DNA of 64,000 nucleotides, taken from contig CM060731.1 in assembly GCA_030704615.1 (NCBI GenBank), positions 45,446,001 to 45,510,000 on the forward strand, in the 5' to 3' direction. The notes under the pieces are model-generated. The model was not told the DNA's origin. It searched no databases and saw only the letters and a program-made list of their open reading frames with translations. Source of the DNA: Takakia lepidozioides (taxonomy: Eukaryota > Plantae > Bryophyta). Positions 1 to 16,604 of this stretch are shown in pieces. The translations under genes and the position numbers were made by a program. Numbering within the stretch: position 1 is the first letter of the stretch; each line of letters starts with the position of its first letter.

Positions 1-36
1 ATCAACAAATTTAACGTTTGGAACAACTGTGTGCAG

Positions 37-892
37 GTGATGCTCATCAAGAATCTGGGGACTAGTGTAGGGCTTGTGAATGGGTCAAGGGGAGTGGTGG
101 TTGGATTTTCTGCACCTGAGGACCCAGCTACTGTAGAATTTCAGAAACTGGCCAGAGTCATGAACCCTGGAGGTCAATGGCCCGTTGTCCTTTTTCTTTG
201 TGATGGAGTGGAGAGGATCATGGGGCCTGAGAGCTGGAACGTTACTGAGGGTGAACTAGAAATTGCCAAGAGAACCCAGGTCAGGCTTCTTTTGACAAGA
301 ACCTAAGTATGCTATGTTACGAGGTCAATGTCGTTTTTGAGTTTTCTGAGCCTGTTGAGTTTTACTACTTCGATGTACCACAGGAGCTTCAGTTCTAATT
401 TGGATTGATTCCAGCTAACCATTTTCAGCCTTTTTTGTTGTTTGCATCTGCACACCATCCAACGAGAGGGAAACTCTCGGGGCAGGGGCATTGCTTCGGT
501 AGATTGACCTGGTCCGAAGCTTATGCAAGAATGCTTGATAGGCGAGGTGCCAATTGCTGTCTGCGAATAGATAAAAACTCTGCAATTTTTTTTCCATTGC
601 AATGAGTGCGATTTTGAGGTGCAAAGGGTATTTCCAGGTTCCGTTGGCGCTGGCGTGGGCGCTCAGTGTGCACAAGTGCCAGGGGATGACTCTTGACCGT
701 GTAGAGGCTGACCTGACCAAGGCCTTTGATTATGGGATGGTGTATGTGGCTCTCTCCCGTGTCAAAAGCTTGGAAGGTTTGCGTCTCACGGGTCTCCTTG
801 AAGAAAGTATCAAGGCCCACCCTTTAGTTGTTAAGTTCTATGAACAACTTCAGAAGAAGCCGGCTATGGAGTTGGAGGGCGATTGGGAATGA
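37..892 (+). CDS. PIF1: PIF1-family 5'-3' DNA helicase, last two exons (37-279, 638-892); 5' part outside window
   Basis: VMLIKNL..GLVNGSRGVVVGF and RTQ|VPLALAWALSVHKCQGMTL..AFDYGMVYVALSR are Pif1 C-terminal motifs. AG at 35-36, GT at 280, AG at 636-637, phase 0, TGA at 890-892. Confidence 0.9.
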
Positions 893-1733
893 CACAGAGT
901 AGCATTTACCATGTGTGCATGCATACTTCCTACTTGAAATTTATGTTCGGGTTCCCTTCCGACAGTGCAATGCCAGCCTGGGTGGCTAAAGTTGTCACTT
1001 GGTCATGACCGTGGGCCAAATGAAAGGTTCAAGAAGTTAGCAGATAGCGGAGTACCACAAAGAATCACCATCATGGATATGTCGGCAGTCGTTGAAGCAG
1101 TCTCCACACGGCGACGTCTCCAGGCTAACCATGTGGGGGGTCAATTTCTCCAGCCTATCTTGAATGTAATCTCTCTAGAGTTGGATACGTAGTACTGAAG
1201 GTTGTAGTAGCTGCTGTAATGCGGCAGTGTCGGTCTCACCTGTTTAGAGAAAGTACATGTGTCCGAAGCTGTGAGGAAAAGAAACAAGTAGGGTCTCACT
1301 ACAACTGTGGAGCCTCCATTTCTGCTCCCCAACGAAGGAACGGAGCCTCCATCTCTCCTTCAGTTTCCAAGGGGGCTGCCATTGTGGGCTCCAATGTCAT
1401 AATTATCCAAGGTCATGATCCGAAGCTTCCTGACTGAACAACACTCTCAGAAGTGCCCATGTAGCCTTGTCCTGGAATGGCTTTGAAACGGTCTCAATAA
1501 TGCCACCCTCAATCATGTAACAATGAATGCTGTGAAGGTCTCCTGGTGAGAGGTGAGCCTCCAAGCGGGGTACACAAGGCTTGTGTGCTCATCCTGCCTC
1601 TTCATGCTGCAACCACGCATTCACTCACGTTACTCTCTGCCCTGTACCTCCAGTGTACGCACAGTGGGTGTGGGTCCTTGGCAATTGCAACAACACTCTC
1701 CTCAGGCCTTCACTGCCCCACCTGCTCTGCCCT

Positions 1734-1785
<52 letters not shown>
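1734..1785. repeat. (CT)n microsatellite
   Basis: Uninterrupted CT dinucleotide run. Confidence 0.95.
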
Positions 1786-1788
<3 letters not shown>

Positions 1789-1901
1789 GTCGCTATGTTG
1801 TCGACTCTCGATGCCGAAGTTTACATAAAATAACATAACTTAATACAATTTTCTAACAGAAACCTGTACTAAGTACATTGAGGGCCACCCAGGTAATCTG
1901 G

Positions 1902-2142
1902 TCTCAAATCCTTCTAGCTTATGGGGTGTGCCATATATATATATGGCGCCAACCAAAGTTAGTGTAAATACGAGCCTCTTCCCCCTTGTGGCTGTGTTAT
2001 AATCTTCTCCCTCTTGACTTGGGAAGTGCGGGGCCTTGGTGCCAAATGTAATTCTCATCTCAAATCCTTCTAGCTTATGGGGTGTGCGAGATATATGGCG
2101 CCAACCAAAGTTAGTGTAAATAAGAGCCTCTTCCCCCTTGTG
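1902..2142. repeat. ~85-90 bp direct repeat pair (1902-1990 and 2058-2142)
   Basis: tctcaaatccttctagcttatggggtgtgc...ggcgccaaccaaagttagtgtaaata.gagcctcttcccccttgtg is present twice. Confidence 0.9.
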
Positions 2143-5134
2143 TATTTGTATCCGGCTTCTTTGTTGGCTGTTGCGATGGGAAGTTGGCCCTTTGTAATGG
2201 CTTCACGGCCGTTGGTATTGTTTTTAATTTGATCAGTGAGCTGGACGGAGGAAAACAAAGGTTATTTGTTATTTCCTCCTCGTTATGAAGGGGCTGCAGA
2301 GGGTCGCTCCAGTTTTGAGAAGAACCTTTGGGGCCAAATTGAAAATTTCATCCGTGTTTCATTCAAGGAATCTATGAGTCAGCGTGATGAGGGGCTAGGG
2401 TTTGAGGTCCGACAGGATGATTTGTGTACTGGGCCATGAGGCTCAGCACAGCGCTGGCACTCATGGGGCCCCTTGATTTGTGTGTCGATGCTGGGCCCAG
2501 CCATTTATTTGAGCTGGGTTTTCCAGGGGCCCACGGAGATTTGCCTGGTTTGTGAGGAATCTGAGATGCTGTGCGATAGAACCATGCAATTCAGCGGTGG
2601 GTTTTTTTATGTTTTTGCTGTGGGAGCGTGGAGGAGCAACCCTGGCAATCTCAGTCTGCAACGTTGTGGAGTACAAGAGCGCGGTGATTTGGAGGGTGAA
2701 AGTAGAGCTTTAAGTAAGTCTCGTAGCGATGTAATCCCGTGCAGGATGCATGAGTTTGAGGTGAGCGCATGCAATTGAATTGTAGCCTAACACTAGGCAC
2801 ATGATTTCTGTGGAGGGCGTCCAATACCAATCTTCCGTTCACAGTACGCGTGCCTGAATCATATCCTGCTCATCGAGGGCCAGCATAGCGGTATGGAGGG
2901 CATATACTTATGATACTTTGGAGCAGATTAATGGAAGGGAGTACAAGATCAGTCCGGCACTTGTGGTGGTCTGCCAACCATGCAAGGTAGAGTGCCAAAT
3001 CTCACAAACTGCCAATTGCTGCCAAGTGTTGTTCTGGAGGCCTCGGAAGTACCACAGATCACACACACATGGTGAAGTTATTGTGGTTGTAGTAGGACTG
3101 CTACAAGGGATTCAAATATAGGTCGCAACGTGAACTTCAACCAGAGGCTGCATTACTTGTCAAGTTCAGAGAATACGGAGATTGTTGTCTGGGTGCATGA
3201 GGACTGAGCGGCCTGCAAAAAGCCTGAGGGTGCAGTATTTTCAGCCCTAAATACGTTCATGGGTGATGCAACTTCCTATGTAAGACGTCGTCGGTAAGAC
3301 CCACCCGAGCTATGGCCTCGGTAACCGCAAAGCAATATGCTAGAATCTTGGATTTGCTGATGTGAGCTGTTCTCTTTCCAGGATGACGACCTACATAAGT
3401 ATCAACATTCCCGAGTTGCAAGAGTACTTCGCAGATCCAATCGCAGAGTTGAGAGAATCGAAAACCTTCCAAGGTGGATTGTTGATATAAGCGTGGAAAG
3501 AAAGGGTTTGCAGCATGATCTCTGTACTACTTCTCCTTTCCTAGGAGCAAATCTGACTTGCGAATGAGATTATCTTGGTTAGCAACTCCCAACGTGAGAG
3601 CTGGGCAGCCAGTGAGTCCATAGCTGGAAAAGGAATGATTAAAACGCTGGATGCATTAAATAGTCATGCGTGCCATAGATCTACTTTGCGCGCTTGCATC
3701 GATTACTGGAATCAACGATTATTTTATTCAGATCTGCCTTAGATCTCTGTTCTTGTCATTTCATGACCCCAGTATCTCGACTTATCCAAACCCATTAATC
3801 GCATATCTTCAGCACAAACCGAGACGTGTGCTGTGCATCTTTCAACCATCTTCAACGTCACGTTGGAAGGATCACACGACCAAATGCTCGTCTGGTGCTA
3901 CAGCTCACTCTACTTTGTAGTATCTTCCTCGGGCCCTCCATCCACTTCAATTAACCCAGGAATATGTTAGTTGATGAAGTACTAATGAGAAAGCTGTCTC
4001 CTTCGGACTTCCTCATTAGTGTCATGGTTTTAAGTAGGCAGTACCGAACACCGACCACCTGCCCTGAGAGATTCCGAAAACCCAACAAGGAAGCAACGGT
4101 TTGCATGGCTTGCTGTGAACAGGGAACCACCTGCCCACAGAGATTCAAACGACCCAATGAGCAGAAAAGGGAGAAGAAGAAGAAGAAGCAGCAGCAGGCT
4201 GGGTTTGATGGGAACAGGGAACCAAGCACCTGGAATATTTGCTGAACTACAGATAAAGGGTACAGTATTGACTGCCAAAATAATTCATTCATTCATTTAT
4301 TCATCAGGCTGACCAAATCACAATGGATCGGATCCAACCCTAATCCCAAAGCAAGCAGCCTTAGCCCCCTTCATGGGCTCGGGGAAACAATCTCTCTTTT
4401 TTCTTCTTCTGTTTTTTTTCCCTAAACATCTTGTTGGGGTCGGTAAAGTGATTAAATTGGCGAAGGTCAGGTCGAAAATCTGGGCCTACTGGGACCAAAT
4501 CTGAAAATTTTGGATTTCTGGCTGCCTTGGCAGAGCATGTAAGCAGCCTGTCTGCATGACTCCCTGTGATTTTGTTGCGCTTTTCCAGCACAAAACAACA
4601 ACAACAACTACTACTACTACTACCTTCACACTTTGTTTGCGATATATGTGTGTGCATGTATGATGCGGCAAAGCATCCGGATTTTGTTTTGCTGTTCCCA
4701 GCAGTAATGGTGATGGGTGCGAGGAAACAGTCAATCGCACAGGTAGGGAGGAGTACTAAGGCCCCATGGTCCGGATACCAGGGAGCTCTTTCCCTGATAC
4801 TGGCAATATTCCGTGTCCCGATTGAGTGTTGAGCAGGAAACATACAATTGTGGCCATCCCAGATTGCGGCCAAAATCCCACAATTGAGGCGATACGATTT
4901 GGTGGGAGCCTCTGACGCTGCGAACATGACCTGCTGGAGCGAGTCACCGCCTTATGGGCAACCCCCTACAGCATGGCAGCTCAATGGGAAACTTGCTACT
5001 GCAGGTCGCCCCATGGTTAACTCTTGCAATGGGAACATCCGACCAGATTTGCAATACAACCCGCAAGATCATTTGGGTGACCCTAATATTTGGTCAAAAA
5101 ATCTGAGGTCAATGCCAATTCCCCATTATGGACC

Positions 5135-5302
5135 CGGACTAATTTCTAAGGTAACTTATCAACCGGGACAAATTTCTAGGGGAACTTATCGACGACTAAT
5201 TTCTAAGGTAACTTATCAACCCGGACTAATTTCTAAGGTAACTTATCAACCTGGACAAATTTCTAGGGGAACTTATCCACCCTGACTAATTTCTAAGGGA
5301 AC
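5135..5302. repeat. ~29-bp minisatellite, about 6 copies
   Basis: Unit gac(t/a)aatttcta(a/g)gg(t/g)aacttatc repeated in tandem. Confidence 0.9.
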
Positions 5303-5510
5303 AAGTCGAACGGCCAACAGCTTTTTCCACCCTTGACTGCAAAATCTGCACCTATGGCCACCTTTTTGTTCGTAATTTATAAAATTTGAGTGATGAACTT
5401 ACCTCATACATAGTCCGCACACATTACATGAAAACCGGAGTTTAGTCAAGAGTATTCATTGTTGACTTCCACCATAAGAAAGGTGTTGCGGAAGCTCTCA
5501 ATGGCATGTT

Positions 5511-5660
5511 GGACAAAAACCCAATATTTGCGATCGACCCAATTGCGTCCGATGGACTGTAAAAATGACAAAAGCACTGGCTCTCATGGTGGACAAAAAC
5601 CCAATATTTTTTATTGACCCAATTGCGTCATATGGATGTAACTTAAAATGGACAAAAGCC
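5511..5660. repeat. ~80-bp tandem duplication
   Basis: ggacaaaaacccaatattt...gacccaattgcgtc..atgga at 5511 and 5591. Confidence 0.8.
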
Positions 5661-6458
5661 CGGCTCGGATTGGATTGCAAGATATGAATAGCAAAGGCAA
5701 GGCTAATTGTTGAGATGAATCAAATGAAGCAAACCCCAAGTTTGAGAATAGAAACTGAAGGTGAAGCCCCAGATATGACGTGAAGGTTTGAAGGTAAGTA
5801 TATGTCAAAGTATTGAAGCGGAGCAGCACATGGACACATTTCAGTATCCCAACTCTGATCTGCCATAAAGAGGGTGATAAAGGCTATGGCGCATGCACAC
5901 ATCTGCATGGCTTCTACTGGAGGGGAGGAGTCAACCTGGGTGCCAAAAGATGCGTACACGGGCCTGCAGAGATCCACAAAACCCGTCTCCCAGAGGCTCT
6001 CTTCATTTGCGTGCCCGCTGCTTTGCCAGACACTCTAAACTAAGTCTCCAGTGTATAAAGATGGTGTCTGGCTTGCCTTGGGCCTTGCGAGTTGGTAGGG
6101 GGTCGGAGAGTGCAGAGAACGATAGCTAGCTGAAGGTACCTTTCGAAGCATGTCTCAAGTTGGGGGGAGAGAATGTACTCATGAGACGTTGTCTTCCGTA
6201 GCCCTGTGGACATAGAGTTTGGGAGGGGAGAGAGAGAGAGAGAGAGAGATACGCTTTCTTTTCAGCTGGGCTTAAGCCTGCATGTCCTGGGCTGTGGAGC
6301 TCTTGCAGTCCCTGGCTCTGAGCTGCACAAATCGATTAGAATAGATAGTTCGTGACAATTGGGACAGCATTCTTACGCTCTCCTCAACTCTGAACTCCAG
6401 TAGCTGCTAATCCTACAGTTAAATCGTGTCGGTGATAGAGCTAGAGAGAGAGGAAGAG

Positions 6459-10857
<4,399 letters not shown>

Positions 10858-12239
10858 CTGAACCCATCTGTTTTCAGCAGTGGCATATTGATGTATGCAT
10901 CAAAATCTACCGGTTATCTCAAAAGTGAACTGGTGTTGTGGGTCATAGGAATTCCAGGGCATTACAGCGCTTGAGGTGGCCAATACAAAGAACCATATGA
11001 AGTAGGAAAGTTTCTCTCTGTTCAGCTCAAATGTAGTGAAATTCACCAGTCCCTGCAAAAAGAGACAAGTGTTGTGAACCCAGAAATTGGATTTCATCAT
11101 AGTACAGAACATTAAGGAAGATAACCGCATGAAAACAATCGCAAGCAAAATTGACAGTAATATATTGAACTTAGTCTCACCAATTAAGGCTTTGTACAGA
11201 ACTGTATTCTCTCCTTTGATATGAAAAGGTATTGTCACTTGAGGGAGATGAAAGTTTGAAACAGGATTCATGTAAACAAACTGAGCTCAGGACAAATTTC
11301 TGAACCTCATTCTTTGCATAACTATGGGTGCATGAAAATTTTCTTGGTGTAACCAAAGCAGCATATGAAAATGAAGTACAGATGAAATTACATGGGAATA
11401 GTAAGCAAAGCATTGCCATGACAGTATACCTCCCCTAATTGACTCCAGAAAAAAAGCCAACAATACATCAGAGAAACCAACTCTTTAACTAATACTATTA
11501 AGTTTCTCTTTCCACCTGCCAAGAGCCCTACAACTTGCACACCCTCTTAAGGTGTGGAGTGATATCAGTTCACACCTTGTGGTCTAAGCACCAATATACA
11601 GTATAGGCTCCTGGTTACCAGGGACCCCATTTGCCATCGCAGCAGCTGGTGGCCTCTTTTTTCTCAACTTCTAATTACTTCTAAAAACCAAGGATATGGG
11701 TTCCCAATAGGAAACCACATTTTTAAAATTAAAAACAGAATTGTGTCAGAATTCACTGAAATATCTTCAGCTAATTTGTAAAATGCCATAAATATTAAAA
11801 TATAAGGGGTTAGAGTTCAAAATTTATATTGCTGCAAAGATCTCCTCATGCCTTTCATTGAAGCCCGGCTACTCCCTCTTCATCCGATATTTTGGACATA
11901 ATGAATAGAAAGGTTTTTATATTAGAGAGGTCATGAGAGAGCTCTCGCAAATCATAGAAATCAGGGAATCTTGGGGGATGTTGGTGGTTTAACCACACAG
12001 CCACATCCTTCAATCAACCCCTAGAAGTAGTAGCTCAGTAAGGTTCCTTGATAAGGATGTTCCAATGAATAATAACTGAAAACAGCCTTGAGGGCATTGA
12101 CAAAAAGAGGGCTTTCCGTAATGAATGTAATCATCCTGAAAGAATACTCAACAAAATACTCAAAAGCCTTGAGGAGGCATCCTCACTAACAGCTTGAGAG
12201 CAAGTCATTGATGGAGAAATAATTGACTACAATGCACAC

Positions 12240-12997
12240 CATGGCAAACCTCATTTGCAAGCAAAGTCTGCAACATGGAGCCAGGTGATCTGCACCTGTG
12301 CATAGAACTGCAGGCCCTTGATAAGCCCAAACACTCTCGCCCTGAATAGTTGGTATGTGTATGGCCAACGGTCATGATGAGGACATGAACACCAATAGAA
12401 TAGTTGGATCCTGACATCCCCCGAAAAAGATGCTCTTCAATTTGCACAGTTTCATCCATCAGAAAACTGGAGGGAAAAGATAGAGCTAGGGAGAGATATT
12501 TAGGTGAAGATGCAGAGGCTCAAGTAGGCCTTAGTTTATTAATTAAAATAAGACAACTGACCCAGCTATGATCATAGCTTTTGTGGGTTCCATCGTGAAG
12601 CTACACCAGATCTCCAGAGGACAGATGCACCAAATATCAGCCATCAGAGGCTTGCATGGCAGTAGAAGCCCCTCAAATTTGAGAGAGCAAACCACAGGCA
12701 ATAGGAGTACTCAAGCTGACGTTGAATGCACTCCACTGACTAAGTTGAGTGTGCAAACCTTTCTTTTTGTGCAGTTCCACCAGTCAGTACTTACCTCTTA
12801 GTGATGATGATGTTCATGCCCCGGAAGACCACCTTCTCATATTACCTTCAACTGCCACACAAGAAGACCCCAAGAATCAGTTCTGGGGCACATTAAACTC
12901 TGACAGGTACCTTAGACACTTGCCTGCAGACAAAGCACTCATAGGTCCAGTGTGAAACCGCGTCACATCATGTTCATCCTATGCAAGTTTCTCACAA
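12240..12997 (-). pseudogene. Decayed partial duplicate of the COX5B 3' end (last two coding exons and downstream region)
   Basis: 12560-12865 aligns with 16370-16672 (LKV..GGLPGHEHHHH* exon); 12904-12997 aligns with 17286-17388 (EDEHDVT exon, internally deleted); 12240-12470 aligns with 16018-16245. Confidence 0.85.
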
Positions 12998-13134
12998 GGT
13001 TTCGAAAAGCTCAGAGGATGCTATGGATGACCGGTCTAACCTGCATCATACGCTTGTAGATGTATCCAAATGGCTCCATTTCAACTACTATAGACACTCC
13101 ATGTGACTGCCTTAAGCTGTGTGAAATTTGGGGC

Positions 13135-14510
13135 TCAAGGTGCACGGCCAAGAACATCCACAATGCAGCCGAAATCCTCAACTATAGGAGTGAGGCCATG
13201 GTATCGACTGATTGAATTAAAGTGGTGAAGACCTTCCTCCACTAAGCCCACACGACTACATGTAGAGAGCAGAGATATAAATGTAGGATTCAAGCCCTCC
13301 TGTTTCATTTTTTCAAATAGATGCTGGGCCTCCACAGCATATCCATGTTGGGCACATCCTCCGACCATCACATTCCATGAAACCACATCCCAACCAACCA
13401 TATGATTGAAGATTTGGTGCACATCACTCATGCTCCCGCATATCCTGTTATCATCGCATTCCATGAGACCACATTCCGTTAAGCCATATTGTTGAACACT
13501 ATGAGAGCATCCTTTATGCTAAGACCACATTTGGAATCCATGTCGATAAGAGAATTCTCCAGAATGGTGGTATCTCGCGCAATTCCAGCTTTGATGATAT
13601 CACCATGAACCTCTATGCCCGTTTCCAGGGCTGCCAGGCCGGCACAAAGCTTAAGCATGCCAATGACCGTGACTTTGTCAGGTGTCACCCCTTCTCCTAC
13701 CATGTGCTCTTACTCTTAGATCTTGAAGGTCTCCCTACCACACCCACAGCATATGCTGCAATCAACATGTTCCATGAGACTACATTTGGTTGAGCCATAG
13801 TATCTAACATGATCGTTATGCACCCACTCGTCCACAAGGGCATTCTCCAGAATGATATCTGGCACAATTTGATTTTTGCTAAGGTCAGCATGGACCCGTT
13901 TGGCTTCTTTCAGGGTTCCAAGGCTGCCACACACATTTAGAACGCCAGAGAATGTGACCTCGTCAGGGATTGCCTCACTATCATTTGCTCATACATCTCA
14001 AAAGCCTCCCTACCACCCACGATCGCTCCGAAGCAACAAGATTAGAAACTCAAGAAGGTAGTAAAGATTCACATCTCTGTACCTTTCTGCGTCCCGGAAG
14101 ACTGAGTAGACGTCATAGCCATGGGTACGGGCTCCTGCATTGCCAAACTCGACACCCATTTCAGCTCCACAGCCTGGCCTATTATGCCGCCATATGCACC
14201 CTTCACCGAAGGAGAGGACGGGGATTTGAGTGTGGGCATTGCGCAATTGCGCAGCCTCTGGACAGTTGCACCAACACAATGAGGAATGTGGGCGCTCAAA
14301 ACCAAACCCTCTCTTTTTTTCTTCTATCCGACTCGTGTGTTTCTGATGAGAGAAAGAGAAGAAATTCTTCATACATTTGAAGCCCGGGTCAATCAAAGTT
14401 CGCTTGCGGATGATTTCATGACTGTGCAGCTTACAGATCTGATGGCTGAGTTCCCGAGCTTTGTGTGCCTAATAAGACAATGCAAATATTGTATCCTGTC
14501 CTCATCTCTG
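13135..14510 (-). pseudogene. PLS-class pentatricopeptide repeat (PPR) pseudogene
   Basis: Fragments DVVSWNVMVGGCAQHG, TFISLLSTCSRVGLVEEG, FGCIVDVLGRA, PDKVTVIGMLKLCAGLAALETGIEVHG and NVVSWNMLIAAYA lie in shifting frames. 5' limit is approximate. Confidence 0.85.
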
Positions 14511-16604
14511 CAACTTGCCTCTATCATAATGTGAGTGGGTTTGTCTGCTTTCTGAATGCAGTAGCTCTTACAGAACCCACCAGTGTGGTGATGTCCAGGG
14601 ATACAATTGCTCCTTTTGACAGGAATTTCATTAACATCGCCTGTGTCTGCTGCAGTCTCTCTATATTTGATTTCGGAGTTCACCTTCCTACTTGCTGCTT
14701 TATTTGGGGAGACTCTGTGGGCTTCTTGCAACATTCTGCCCATACAAAATAGAGATGAGAGAGAGATAGACTGGTATGTCAACAACTGGGTCTCGTATCC
14801 ATTCAAAGCCACACAAGAAACACTTCATGTGAAACTAATAGCAGGAGAGGAAAAACTTCTGAACACTAGGCACAAGACAAGTCCTTGGCTCGATCAAGTT
14901 CCTTACATTCTCCCCAGCTCTTCAATCCCTGCAAACCCATAATCGCAAGAGCTGCTGCTAGGCTTTCACCCTCTTTCTCCTTGATCTCTGTTGGCAGCTG
15001 CACGCAGCTGCACTTCCTGAGATATATTTGATATTGCTGCCGTATCAATTCACTAATGAGATTATGCTCTTGCACTGTGATATACATTACATTCTGCACA
15101 AAGATTGAGATGCTTGAGATGCTTGAGATGTATGAGATACCTTCAAACCAATGTGTTTCTTGGAGACAGCATTGTCCTACTGCTTTGTGTCGGTGCTGTA
15201 CATGTTAGACACAACCTTGATCCTACATATATATATTACTCATATGTGGCTCCCGGGAATGGTTGAATAAAGTAATATTCCATTGCAGGATCACGATAAA
15301 CAAATGGGTCGCATCGAACATGGGCCAGAAATTGGTTCTGTGGAGATTAGGCTGTACAAGAGGCTGATATCAAAGGGTATAGTCAATCAGGCGAAGTGTC
15401 GTACCAAGAGTTGTACACAACTTCTAAGGCTTGTTGTAAAACTATGGGACACAGTTTACAAGTCTGCAAGCGATACTTTCACAAATCCAGTCTTAATCGC
15501 AAGGAAGCTGCATTGCATCTCGTCCGTAACTCCCTCATAATCTCGTCCCTGCTACTAAGCTACTAGCTACAACTTGCACCACATGAGACTCCTTAGTCAT
15601 GAGACCTGGGGTATACAATGAACACCTTGTAGTGCATACAGGGTAAGTTGTTTGGCTATTTCACTTGCCCCAGGATATGGAGCTTCAGGATCTCCTAGAA
15701 CTAGTATCTCCATTGGGGTGTTTAGTAAGCATGTTCAATTTACTGCCACTCGGTGTTTACAAGATGCTCAAGACTAGGTAGTGTGGTGCTCTCATGACCA
15801 ATAACCTCCACCAGGGCCCAGCTTGATCACCACTTATGAGCAGCTTGAGAGTTTATCATTTATCATTAACTCACCATCATTTTGCAGCCACATCATCTGA
15901 CCACTTGTCGCATTGAGGATGTCCATAATACACTGCCTCGAATCACGTCAAAATAAGTATCAGTGGGGTTTAGTGTACCAGTAATAACCTTGAATCTGAG
16001 GACCACAGAGGTACCCCATGGAAAACCCTATATCAAAGGACATCTGCAACATGGCAGCTGGGTAATCTGAACGCGTGCACAGAACTGCAGGTCCCTGGTG
16101 AACCTGAAGACCCTTGACCGGCATAGATGGTGCCTGGGCCAATGGTCATAATAAAGCCATAAACATCAAAAAAGCAGTTGGATGCAGAAAATCCCAGGAA
16201 AAGGTGCTCTCAATTTGCAGTTTCATCCATGGGAAAAACGAGAGCTACATAGAGAGAGATTGTATTCGAGGATTTGGAGGTTCAAGTTGGCGATAGTTTA
16301 TTGACTAAAAACAAGACATCTGATGTTTCTGGTCCAGTCTCAACTGACATGACCAACAGAGAGGGAGCCGGCTATGATCATAGCTTCTGTGGATTCCAAT
16401 CTGAAGCTACACCAGATCTCCAGAGGACAGATAGACACCAAACATCTCACATGTTTGTGCACACTAGTAGAAGCCCCTCAAAATTTAGAGAGTGAACCCA
16501 CCGGCAACAGGAGTGCTCTCAAGCGGACATTGAGCGCCCTCCACTGACTCAGTTGAGTGTGCAAACCTTTCTGCTCATGCAGTTCCAGCAGTCAATACTC
16601 ACTC

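Noticed and set aside
1531-1858. Possible solo LTR (TGTGAAG...CTAACA) with decayed retroelement sequence to its left
   Set aside because: No TSD, no second copy in the window and no convincing coding motif
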